DNA of 64,000 nucleotides, taken from positions 1 through 64,000 of the IMG/VR virus record IMGVR_UViG_3300046170_000464. One strand, given 5' to 3'. Position 1 is the first letter of the stretch. Each line of letters begins with the position of its first letter. The notes beneath the pieces are model-generated. The model was not told the DNA's origin. It saw nothing but the letters and a program-made list of their open reading frames with translations, and did no database searches. The position numbers and the translations under genes are program-made. Source of the DNA: a virus. Positions 55,650-64,000 of the stretch are shown here, one piece after another.

Positions 55650-56301
55650 ATGGAAAAACAAAACTTCCTTCAGCGACCTGGTGGACTAGGTCCGACCGGT
55701 GCCTTGAAACCTCTTGGTATGTCTGCGGCTCAGCCTGCTTCATACATGAACGACGCAATCAGTATGACGTCGCGTCGTCAAGCGTATACCGACGATGTAA
55801 ATAGGGTATTTGCCCAGTACAACATCGATCACGGAACTTACATGAGGGCTCCTGTTAACCCTCTTCCCTACGCTGATGGGAACATTACTAAGTCTGCTGA
55901 GGTGACCGGGCCTGCTGGTTACAACCATCAAGAGATGCCTTTACCTGAGCGTCCGATGGATATGTCTGCGGGACAGTATGTTCACGAGACGGTTAATCAG
56001 GCTGACCCAGCTATGCGAGCCAATGTACAGGCTTTGACTTTGCTTCCTCAGCAAAACTTCCTAAATAATCGTGACTTACAACCACTGACTATGCAAAACG
56101 ATTATCGCCGTCGCGATGATCTCTTGCTTCAAGAACAAGTTTTAGGAGGATCTACTAGTGCACCGAAGTGACCGGACAAGACCTACCCGTATGGCGGGTA
56201 TGGCATTAGGTATGGGTCCAGCTGATATGGTGCGTGCAGTAAGTAATCCGTCTGAGATTACTGCACGTCTCCGTTACCAAGAGACTTTTCCGAGAAGCTG
56301 A
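55650..56301 (+). CDS. Hypothetical protein (55650-56171, possibly extended by +1 frameshift near 56167)
   Basis: 173-aa ORF. The +1 frame continues SDRTRPTRMAGMALG...FPRS to 56301. Confidence 0.55.
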
Positions 56302-56324
56302 CCTATTGTTACCCGAGATAATCC

Positions 56325-57050
56325 TTGGGTATGCACACGGTAAAGCTTGACTGGATAACCCCTGATGCAGAAAGGGTTATCGCTCGTCATGCGCGTGTCT
56401 CGACGGCAGATCCAGATAGAGAAGAATATGCTCGACTTCTGTCTTATTGCATCAAGCATGGGCATTGGTCGATTCTTGAGCAGGCGAATATAAGTTTTGA
56501 GATTATTACTTCTAGGGCAATTAGCGCACAGCTCATTCGCCACAAAAGCCTGTGTTTTCAAGAGCTTTCTCAGCGTTACTCGAACCCGTTTACCGTGATG
56601 TCCGACGACATTCACGATCACCCAAAAGAGTTTCATATTAGAAAACAGGCGGAGAAAAACCGGCAATCCAGTGTGGAGGAGGTAGATCTCGATCTAATGA
56701 CTAATTTTCGAGAACGAATTCATCGAGTCGATGCAGAGTTGCGTTCTCTCTATGAAGACATGCTTGATTCCGGCGTGGCTCGTGAGTGCGCAAGAAATAT
56801 TTTGCCTTTGTACACTCCCACCAGACTTCATGCAAATGGAACAGTTCGCTCTTGGGTGCATTACGTAGGTCTACGTGCCAAGGAAGATACTCAACTTGAG
56901 CATCGTTTGATTGCTCGTCAGGTTGCTCTAATCTTCGGAACCCAGCTACCGGTCGTCACGAAAGCTTTGGTAGCTACCGAGGATCAATCACTAGACGGTT
57001 GGAGATTTATGTCAGGCTGGTCTTCTGAACTCTCTTCTTCTTCCCAGTAA
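56325..57050 (+). CDS. thyX: FAD-dependent thymidylate synthase
   Basis: GHWSILE, QLIRHKSLCFQELSQRY, ARECARNILP, R...TQLEHR. Confidence 0.97.
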   Translation: MGMHTVKLDWITPDAERVIARHARVSTADPDREEYARLLSYCIKHGHWSILEQANISFEIITSRAISAQLIRHKSLCFQELSQRYSNPFTVMSDDIHDHPKEFHIRKQAEKNRQSSVEEVDLDLMTNFRERIHRVDAELRSLYEDMLDSGVARECARNILPLYTPTRLHANGTVRSWVHYVGLRAKEDTQLEHRLIARQVALIFGTQLPVVTKALVATEDQSLDGWRFMSGWSSELSSSSQ

Positions 57051-57339
57051 CCAATAAAAGTTTCTTCTTCGATGAAACCCTTAAGGTTGGCGAGAGCTTG
57101 ATCCAGTAGCTCTTGATCTTCTTCGCTAAGTTTTTCAGCTTTGTCGTCGAGTTCTTTTTCAGACATCTTCTCGGTTGCGTAGAAAAGCTCGTCGGGCTTC
57201 CTCACGAACTTTATCAAGTAAGTGAGGAAATTTCTCTTCAGCTAAATGCGCACTTGACACGTAAGTAGCTACCTCAATTCCGTCTTCTTTTACGGAAACT
57301 CTGTACATAGAGTCCTTTGTGACTACTTCTATGTTTTTC

Positions 57340-57903
57340 TCAATCACTTGGTTCTTTCCAGGGATTTTCCATTGGAGGGTTAGCAGCTTGGCGAACAGCT
57401 GCAGCCTGGGCTAGCTGAGCAGTCCTGAGTGCTTGTCGATGTTGCTCAAGTTGCTGGTTAAGTGACGCAGTTTGTTGAGAAGCCCAGTTCTGCGCGTTGG
57501 CTGAAAGTTCGTCCAGTGCGTTTGCACTGTGGGGGAAATTAAATACAGCACCTACTCCCTCATTGTTATTAATTTTAGTTGCCCCCGTGGTTTCGGCGAG
57601 CGCAGATAAAAATCCGTAAGCTTGATCCACACCGACGTTGGCTACGAAAGAGAGTTCGACAGGGTCTACTAAACCGCGACTGCGTTCGTAAAGCGCACTG
57701 AACGCACCACTAACTCGGTGAGCAGTGTCAGAACCTTCACGCTCTTGTCTGACTTTTTTATCAGAAATTGAGATACCGGCAAGAGTACCTCCGATAAACG
57801 CCAAAGGTGCTCCTACAAATTCGGGACTGGTGATTGCTGTTGTGACTGCAGCAACGCCTCCGATGAAGATGGTCAGTGGAAAGGATTTAAGTTGCAGCAT
57901 CAT
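57340..57903 (-). CDS. Hypothetical membrane protein
   Basis: Two N-terminal TM segments and a coiled-coil tail. Confidence 0.6.
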   Translation of the reverse strand: MMLQLKSFPLTIFIGGVAAVTTAITSPEFVGAPLAFIGGTLAGISISDKKVRQEREGSDTAHRVSGAFSALYERSRGLVDPVELSFVANVGVDQAYGFLSALAETTGATKINNNEGVGAVFNFPHSANALDELSANAQNWASQQTASLNQQLEQHRQALRTAQLAQAAAVRQAANPPMENPWKEPSD

Positions 57904-60643
57904 GTTTTTGGAAATTAGACTCCCATTTGGAAAAGTCCGGTAGTTGGGCGAACTCAACAGGATTTGGTAAGCGAGTGTCACCATGGGAGGCGCGATCCGA
58001 TGTTAGATCAAAAGGCTTGAGGCGTATACCTTTGATTGCAGGTAACCCTGTTTTAGTTACTGTCCTGCAACCAGGGAGCTTAAGTATGTTGGACAATGTT
58101 TCCATTGTGCGTTCAACAAACCGTGGCTTAGCTGATGGCTTGTAGCCACATGCTTTACAGAAGTTAGCGTAACTTGCGTAGAGTTCGCTATATGCATTTT
58201 TTACAAACATGCCTTTCTCTGACTCGTCTGTACTTGGTCTGGCGGCTCCTCGGCCAACCACTGTCGAACTATTTGGCGCGTAGAGACAGCACTCAGCCAT
58301 CCAAGCTACATACTGATTATTGAATACCAAAGCGTCGATGTTGGTTTGCGCTAGTGATGGAGCATGCTTTACAGGGTTGGCTAGAACGTCACGCATGTCG
58401 TCAAAAGACATGGATAGTGCCCAGCTGACAATGCCAGGCAGTTCTTCTACAAAGTCACCTTCGAGGCGGTCTCCGTAAACACTCAAAAGTTCACGACGTT
58501 GACTAGGAGGGACGACTTGATCCATGACGATTGTCAACCGTCTACGTTCGAGACCACTCGTAGAATCATTCGAGCTGATGTGCTCGTTACTTGCGATACA
58601 AACAAGACACTCAGGTTTAAAGCTGATAATTTCTTTTCCATATTTTCGTTCAGCTCTCAGCGTGTCAGACGCAGAAGTCAGTTTTTTAAGCACGTCCATG
58701 CGCTTGTTGTAATTTGATTCATCAGTCAAAAGCAACAAACGTTTACCTATAAGGTTGTATGTCTCGAATTTATTAGCTTCAATAAGTTCCAAACTTGATG
58801 TGTGGGTACTGTTAAAACCAGCAAGAGCAATCATCAACTGTTGCATGGTGGATTTACCTGTGCCACCAGGTCCAACCAAGTGCAAAAATCTTTCACCAGA
58901 GGTGTACCCAGTGAGGAGCGCTCTTGAATAAGCCTGAATTAAAGTCGCTTGTCCTTTTCGGAGTGAGCTATCTAACCAGGCTAAAAATTTAGGACATTTT
59001 TTTTCTTTATCCCAGTTGTAAAGAAGACGACTACGGAAATAAAGTTCTTTGTTTTGTCCAGGATGGAATTCAAATGTGGTGCTGTCCAAGGCACCATTCT
59101 GAAAAGGTATATAACCTCTTCCCATACTGAAAATGCTGACCCTTCCTCCATTCAAAGACTTCAGCATCTTTGCTTGAAGCATGGAGTAAACACTGTTAAC
59201 AGTAGACGACTGATATTTTGGAAGAACACCAGCAGTGACGAAGGTATCTAGGGCGTTTACAATTCTCTTTTTGACGTGCATTTCATCTTGTACGTACCAT
59301 ATGCCTAGGTCGTTATCATACGTATAAAAATTATCGTGCGTACTATCGTATAAGTAGTTATCTCCTTGATTTGTTGCAATGATCTCTGCAACGTCGTTTT
59401 CTGCGAAGGCTCTGTTTTGTTGCTGTACGTTCTGAAGATTTACCAGCTGAGCCGGTGTTTGTGGGACAGACATGTTTTCTTCCGGTGTTTTTGTTGATGT
59501 TGTTGTGTTGGGCTTTTCGTTTATCGAAAAGTCGTCAAAGGTAAGAATTGAGTTGACAGCCTTGGGCTTGACTTGCTTAATGGCTTCCTTAATCTCGTCT
59601 GTCGCGACACTGTCGTAAACATCTTTATTGACTGATCGAAGACGTTTCCAAGCTGCGATCTCGTCGTGCTCTGACGCCATAACGATTGCTGGCCTGATTG
59701 ACTCGACGTCGCGAATGCTTTCAACTATTCGAGTAAACTTCCCATCTACCTCCGCAGGGTACGCATATACAGCATAGAACGCACGATGTGCGTATGTCAA
59801 GGGTGACACCTGAGTAGGTATCCCCTGGTCTCTAAGCCAATTTGTCCATCCAATGATTTCCTTGACTGCTCTGGTTACAGCAAGGCTTCTGTCGTCTACA
59901 GGCTTCCCTTCCAGAATGTCCACCACAGATCTGGAGAGGAGACGCTGAAAGTCAACACCCTCATCGTCAACAGCGATATTCTCAAGCGCTTCCGTGACGT
60001 CGAATCTATTTCCTTTTTCTTCCTTAGGTAATGAATGATAAATTTTTAGAGCTTCATCAATTTTTTCAGTCGGAATAAACTTTTCGGAAACTTCGAGTAT
60101 GCCGCCTTGTGACCAAGCCCCATAGAAAAGGTTTGGAACCTGCGTGGCTCTAATGTCGGACCCAGGTATATCTTTTGCAATTGCACGTGTAAACCATTGA
60201 TAAAACTCTCCGTCAATAATCGGTTTTTCTAGACCAAAGACCAGTCGAAACCTAGGCCACGACTCAGATGTAGAGGGAGAGTCGTAAGCTAATGAGAGAT
60301 ATTTTTTACAAATATCTAGCTCTTTTGCTTCTTCCCAAGTCAGTTCTTGCTTTTGTATTTTGTTTCCATTTTGGTCTTTTCCATCAGCTTGATTATCTAT
60401 ATCAATAATGATCAGACCGGCTTGAATAAGTCCAGTACCGTCTTTTATTCTTTTACCTTCGACTAAATGCCAGGCACATAAACCTTTACTTTGACCAACT
60501 TCGTGTGAAATTTCTTCAGAAGTATATGTACAAGGACGCCAGTTATTATTAAAAGTACGAAAGTCACCACCTTGCTCAATCTTGCCCGTAACAGCATCGA
60601 GCGCACTGACTACTTTGCTGTTTACTGAGCAAATGAAATGCAT
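57887..60643 (-). CDS. Primase-helicase (PrimPol-like N-terminus, D5/P4-type SF3 helicase)
   Basis: IIDID, SPS...PRFRLVF, IPFQNG, GPGGTGKST, LLTDE, IASN, ERR. Confidence 0.92.
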   Translation of the reverse strand: MHFICSVNSKVVSALDAVTGKIEQGGDFRTFNNNWRPCTYTSEEISHEVGQSKGLCAWHLVEGKRIKDGTGLIQAGLIIIDIDNQADGKDQNGNKIQKQELTWEEAKELDICKKYLSLAYDSPSTSESWPRFRLVFGLEKPIIDGEFYQWFTRAIAKDIPGSDIRATQVPNLFYGAWSQGGILEVSEKFIPTEKIDEALKIYHSLPKEEKGNRFDVTEALENIAVDDEGVDFQRLLSRSVVDILEGKPVDDRSLAVTRAVKEIIGWTNWLRDQGIPTQVSPLTYAHRAFYAVYAYPAEVDGKFTRIVESIRDVESIRPAIVMASEHDEIAAWKRLRSVNKDVYDSVATDEIKEAIKQVKPKAVNSILTFDDFSINEKPNTTTSTKTPEENMSVPQTPAQLVNLQNVQQQNRAFAENDVAEIIATNQGDNYLYDSTHDNFYTYDNDLGIWYVQDEMHVKKRIVNALDTFVTAGVLPKYQSSTVNSVYSMLQAKMLKSLNGGRVSIFSMGRGYIPFQNGALDSTTFEFHPGQNKELYFRSRLLYNWDKEKKCPKFLAWLDSSLRKGQATLIQAYSRALLTGYTSGERFLHLVGPGGTGKSTMQQLMIALAGFNSTHTSSLELIEANKFETYNLIGKRLLLLTDESNYNKRMDVLKKLTSASDTLRAERKYGKEIISFKPECLVCIASNEHISSNDSTSGLERRRLTIVMDQVVPPSQRRELLSVYGDRLEGDFVEELPGIVSWALSMSFDDMRDVLANPVKHAPSLAQTNIDALVFNNQYVAWMAECCLYAPNSSTVVGRGAARPSTDESEKGMFVKNAYSELYASYANFCKACGYKPSAKPRFVERTMETLSNILKLPGCRTVTKTGLPAIKGIRLKPFDLTSDRASHGDTRLPNPVEFAQLPDFSKWESNFQKHDAAT

Positions 60644-60708
60644 GAGAAGTTCTGTAGTTCCGTCATTCTGCCCTAAATCCGGAGTTTCGCCACCTTGGTA
60701 GCAAAGAT

Positions 60709-61498
60709 TTAAGACTGTGTAGCCTTCGGGCGGACCTCAGTAAAAAATTTATTTACTAGTTCCAACCACGCAGCTTCATCTTTTTCAACCTCTGTTTCAC
60801 CGAAAGTGAATACTTGAGTTTGATACTCGTCGAAAGGAGTAGAAACGATGATCTGCGTTTTACTAATCTTAATTCCTAAGCACGACTCAGCCGCAAGTTT
60901 GTAAGCAGCTAGTTGAAGCCTCGTCTTTTTAACCTTAAAAACTCCCTGAGATCATTGCTTTTTTAGTTTTTTCATCCAAGTTATGTTTCTTAGTGGGGAA
61001 TCGAGCGCTGTATGGACCAGCACTAGTTTTAAAATCTGCAAGAATTATTTCGGCGTTGTGGTCCATATAGATCAAATCACAGCAACCTGCGTACCCATGA
61101 CCTGAGTTTTCGTCGTAGTAAAAGATTCTTCCTACACCGTCATCCCCTACATACTTTGACCACTTGGGTTGATTAAAGGGTCTTTCAGACCAGAGCACTC
61201 GACCACCGTCGAGAAGTTCATCGATCCTTTCAGGCACTCCTACCCAGTAAGGAGCGTAGTTTTTGGGAGGTACAACCCTTAGACCTCGTATGTAATTTTC
61301 ACTAGCTTCGTGTATCCAAGTTCCTCTCGCAGCAGCTGCGTCTGCTACTCCTGGATTCATCACGTTCCAGTGAGCTAGTTTCTGCTGAGTTTTAGCGGTC
61401 GCAGTGCTACTAAGAATCGAAGTGACAGATGGCAGGTACTCAGGTACACCAGGGCACTGATAATGCCTTAAGCCATTGATAGTTTTCCTAGTATCCAA
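60709..61498 (-). CDS. PD-(D/E)XK exonuclease (+1 frameshift near 60945)
   Basis: PSVTSIL, RGTWIH, YAGCCD, ADFKT. The essential QLAAY motif lies in the +1 frame ending at 60709. Confidence 0.85.
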
Positions 61499-61519
61499 AA
61501 CTTTTACCTTTGAGTAATT

Positions 61520-61831
61520 TTAAAACGGTTCTAAATCGGCGTCTGAATTTGAAGGGCTTTCAGGCTCATCGTCTATAAAAAATTCGCTCTTCTGATATTC
61601 AAAATCACGATTCCGCTGATCTAACTCGCTCAATAGGCAGCGTCCCGCTGAGAACGAATCAGCGATTAGTTCAGCAATCTCGTCAGCTTCCCTTCCTTGC
61701 CCTGTGTGGTCGACACACTCTTGCAAAAGTTGGTTGCTCACTAAGATTGAGGTGATTGTGTCCAGCTTCTTGTTGGTTTCTTGCTGGGTTTCAATCCATT
61801 GAGATAGTAAGAGTTGAAGTCGTCCTTTCAC
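61520..61831 (-). CDS. Hypothetical protein
   Basis: 103-aa ORF in the replication operon. Confidence 0.6.
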   Translation of the reverse strand: MKGRLQLLLSQWIETQQETNKKLDTITSILVSNQLLQECVDHTGQGREADEIAELIADSFSAGRCLLSELDQRNRDFEYQKSEFFIDDEPESPSNSDADLEPF

Positions 61832-61833
61832 TT

Positions 61834-62358
61834 TTATGAAAATGACTTTGGTCGCTGCCAGCTTACATCGAAATCAATTTTTGTCTCTTTATTTCTCGGT
61901 TTAGCTTTATTAAACACATACCACGCAGATGTTACTGAGTCTTTTGTATTTCTCTGATCCGCACGGAATACCGGACGAGGGTTTAAAACAATAATATTGG
62001 ATAAAGGTTTTGACTTTAAGAAATCAGCTCGACCTCTCGTAGGTTCTAAAAAGGTCAGACGATCGAGAATTATTAGTCCTTTTTTAGCTAGCTCAAAGCC
62101 CGGTTCGATAATCCAGTCGAGTTCCTGCTTTCCTTGTGTTATCGCTACTGTCCAGTCAAAAGCTGGCAAGCTCTTCCACCACTGCAATTCAAGGTAAGAA
62201 ATATCATCAGGCGCACTGATGCAGTCTGTGTAACCCCATGAAATCAGTTGAGTCTTAAGTTCTCCTGCATTATCGCTTGGTAGGACTACTCGACCAGGGC
62301 ATAGCTTTCTTTCTGCAATAGGATTGAAAATATTGTTTGGGACTTGGTAGAACGACAT
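61834..62358 (-). CDS. Adenine DNA methyltransferase-like protein, catalytic motifs degenerate
   Basis: FY..P, FDWTVAITQ (expected DWxITNPPF), RLTFLEP...R..FL, DSVTSAWYVF. Confidence 0.65.
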   Translation of the reverse strand: MSFYQVPNNIFNPIAERKLCPGRVVLPSDNAGELKTQLISWGYTDCISAPDDISYLELQWWKSLPAFDWTVAITQGKQELDWIIEPGFELAKKGLIILDRLTFLEPTRGRADFLKSKPLSNIIVLNPRPVFRADQRNTKDSVTSAWYVFNKAKPRNKETKIDFDVSWQRPKSFS

Positions 62359-62602
62359 GGAGTCAGAATCAGAAAAGCTTGTAGGACGTTTGAGGGATTA
62401 CATGACGATGGAGCAAGAGTTCTACCATCTTCATTTCATGAGTCGAGCTAAAGAAGTAGACAGCGTTCCTGAGTTAATTGAGATCTTAGATCTTTTACAC
62501 GCAAACTACCTTGTACAAAAACGTTTATTCTCACAACTTTGTTTATCTGTAGCAGAGTCTGGAGCTGAGCTCCCTCCACTGAAGTCCCTACTGAAGCCAT
62601 GA
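62357..62602 (+). CDS. Hypothetical protein
   Basis: MTMEQEF helical motif, similar to 33561-33788. Confidence 0.55.
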   Translation: MESESEKLVGRLRDYMTMEQEFYHLHFMSRAKEVDSVPELIEILDLLHANYLVQKRLFSQLCLSVAESGAELPPLKSLLKP

Positions 62603-62626
62603 AAAAAGGTCGCCGAAGCGACCCTT
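62602..62626 (-). terminator. Rho-independent terminator
   Basis: Minus strand GGTCGC-TTCG-GCGACC-TTTTTT. Confidence 0.85.
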
Positions 62627-62652
62627 GTTGAATAAACCTGAATGGATTTGAC

Positions 62653-63459
62653 TTAGACAGATAAGCCAGCAGCTTCAAGAGCTTCCTTTTGTTCCTTTGT
62701 CAGTTCTTTAGTTTCTGACTTAGGTTCCGGAGGTGCACCTTTAGGGTTGCCAGCACCAGCAGGCAGAGACGCCAACCCTTCTGACTTAGGCGCTTCAATT
62801 TGTGGATGAGCTTCATTGAATGCTTCCTTAATTTCAGTGTGGTCTTTTCCGAGAGGTAGCTCGACCAGATTCGCACCGGAGATATGAGCACGAAGTGCAG
62901 AAGATACCAGCTCTCCTCCATCGCCATTGAGCCACTCATCAATATCTTTGACGAGAGATTTTTCTTCGTCGTTACCAACCGGTCGATCTGCGAATTCCAG
63001 AACGTTGTAATTAACTTTACCAGTGTCTGCACCCGTCACCGGATCAGTCTGAGTAAAGCTTTTCTGGACAAACTTAGTCTTTGTAATAACTTCCGCAACG
63101 TTGATGCGGTTGTTATAAAGAGTCTGAAAGTAAGAAATAAAATTCTTCTGACTGCTTTTGCCAGAAATAATAGCGGTAGCGACGCAACGAGAAGGAAGTA
63201 AACGATGCGTAGGGTCCACACCCACGAAAGCGATACGGATGAATTCTTGATGACTCCGCATTCCAAGGTTCCCATAGAAGGGACTAAAGCCGAGCAGTAC
63301 AAATGAGATAGGGATCCCGTTGTCATTCGAGTCGGTAATTGCTTGATCCGGATCTGTGTCCGATTTCCAACGGCGCTGTTGGAGATCAATGCGAAGAGTG
63401 TGCGGTGGTACTTGGCAGAGAATTTCATCTGCTGCAAATTTGCCTGCAATGTAAGTCAT
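62653..63459 (-). CDS. Hypothetical replication/recombination-associated protein
   Basis: 268 aa, directly downstream of SSB. Function inferred from position. Confidence 0.55.
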   Translation of the reverse strand: MTYIAGKFAADEILCQVPPHTLRIDLQQRRWKSDTDPDQAITDSNDNGIPISFVLLGFSPFYGNLGMRSHQEFIRIAFVGVDPTHRLLPSRCVATAIISGKSSQKNFISYFQTLYNNRINVAEVITKTKFVQKSFTQTDPVTGADTGKVNYNVLEFADRPVGNDEEKSLVKDIDEWLNGDGGELVSSALRAHISGANLVELPLGKDHTEIKEAFNEAHPQIEAPKSEGLASLPAGAGNPKGAPPEPKSETKELTKEQKEALEAAGLSV

Positions 63460-63462
63460 AGA

Positions 63463-64000
63463 TCAGAGAGAAAAGTTAATTGAACCAATAGCCGCTGCAG
63501 AGACTTGTCCTTTTTCAGGGTCAGCTGCTTTTTTAGGCGCGGACTTCGTGCCTTTAGGTAGGTACAGGATTTGATCTACTGCGTAGTTCAGATACTGCTT
63601 GTCATCCTTTTCGCTTGTGCTCACTCGACCAACTGCGATCGTTGGAGTTCCATTAGGAAGTTCGGAAAGCTGCTTCGAATGTTCGTTCCATGCGGTGAGC
63701 TTGAACCAGTTTGTCTCTTGGTCGTCTGGTGCCTGCCAAGCAATAGACCGATTTGTGACAGTTGAGTCACCGACTTCATTTTCTTCAGACTTAGGTCCTA
63801 ACCCGCCACACGCCATGAAAGTGTTGATGGCAAGGATGTCGGAAAAGTTATCCCGTGAGACAACCAGCATTGGCTGCATCTGTAGAACACCATCCGGCGT
63901 GGCCTTAGTCGGTCCAATGGCTAGGACTTCTTGAGATTCTTTTAGATCCAGAAGAAGTTTTCCGACATAGTGATCAGCTTTTTGAATCAGCTGAACCTTT
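63463..64000 (-). CDS. ssb: Single-stranded DNA-binding protein (5' truncated by the window)
   Basis: ETNWFKLTAWN...L..G..IAVGRV OB-fold. The frame is open to the window edge. Confidence 0.8.
   Translation of the reverse strand, partial: KVQLIQKADHYVGKLLLDLKESQEVLAIGPTKATPDGVLQMQPMLVVSRDNFSDILAINTFMACGGLGPKSEENEVGDSTVTNRSIAWQAPDDQETNWFKLTAWNEHSKQLSELPNGTPTIAVGRVSTSEKDDKQYLNYAVDQILYLPKGTKSAPKKAADPEKGQVSAAAIGSINFSL

Noticed and set aside
60709-61498. Cas4 or CRISPR-associated nuclease
   Set aside because: Lacks the four-Cys Fe-S pattern and any CRISPR context. It is an ordinary phage PD-(D/E)XK exonuclease.
1-64000. Stop-codon reassignment explaining split genes
   Set aside because: The splits need frame changes rather than read-through. 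All three stops terminate intact genes, and no suppressor tRNA is present.

Overview
This is a 64-kb segment of a tailed dsDNA phage, very probably a cyanophage of Synechococcus/Prochlorococcus-like hosts. Host evidence: tRNA-Leu(UAA), a cyanobacterial-type 6S-like RNA, and several cyanophage-typical small ORFs and 2OG-Fe(II) oxygenases. It carries a packaging and head module (TerL 14568-16088, portal 19425-21644, scaffold 21151-22062, major capsid 23894-25009) and many Gly/Ala/Gln-rich orphans that look like internal or ejection proteins. Tail and fibre proteins lie at 39.4-47.7 kb, with a C39-like lysin and ThyX further on. A leftward replication block holds a primase-SF3 helicase, a PD-(D/E)XK nuclease and an SSB that runs off the right edge. 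No tape measure or sheath gene is visible. Three observations stand out. (1) A stand-alone promoter-RNA-hairpin unit at 5100-5275 resembles cyanobacterial 6S RNA. (2) About eight glycosyl-, methyl- and glycoside-active enzymes are interleaved with the head genes, while Ser-Gly dipeptides are strongly enriched in tail/fibre proteins (invariant SG in about 29 tandem 14-aa repeats), suggesting sequon-directed virion glycosylation. (3) Orphan proteins share an R-[LMI]-A-G motif. Also noted: three catalytically degenerate enzymes (Dps and two adenine MTases), a leftward leader with boxA-like elements and a hammerhead-like core, and ten single-base +1 frameshifts that are most likely sequencing errors. 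All family calls come from motif recognition by eye; no searches were run.
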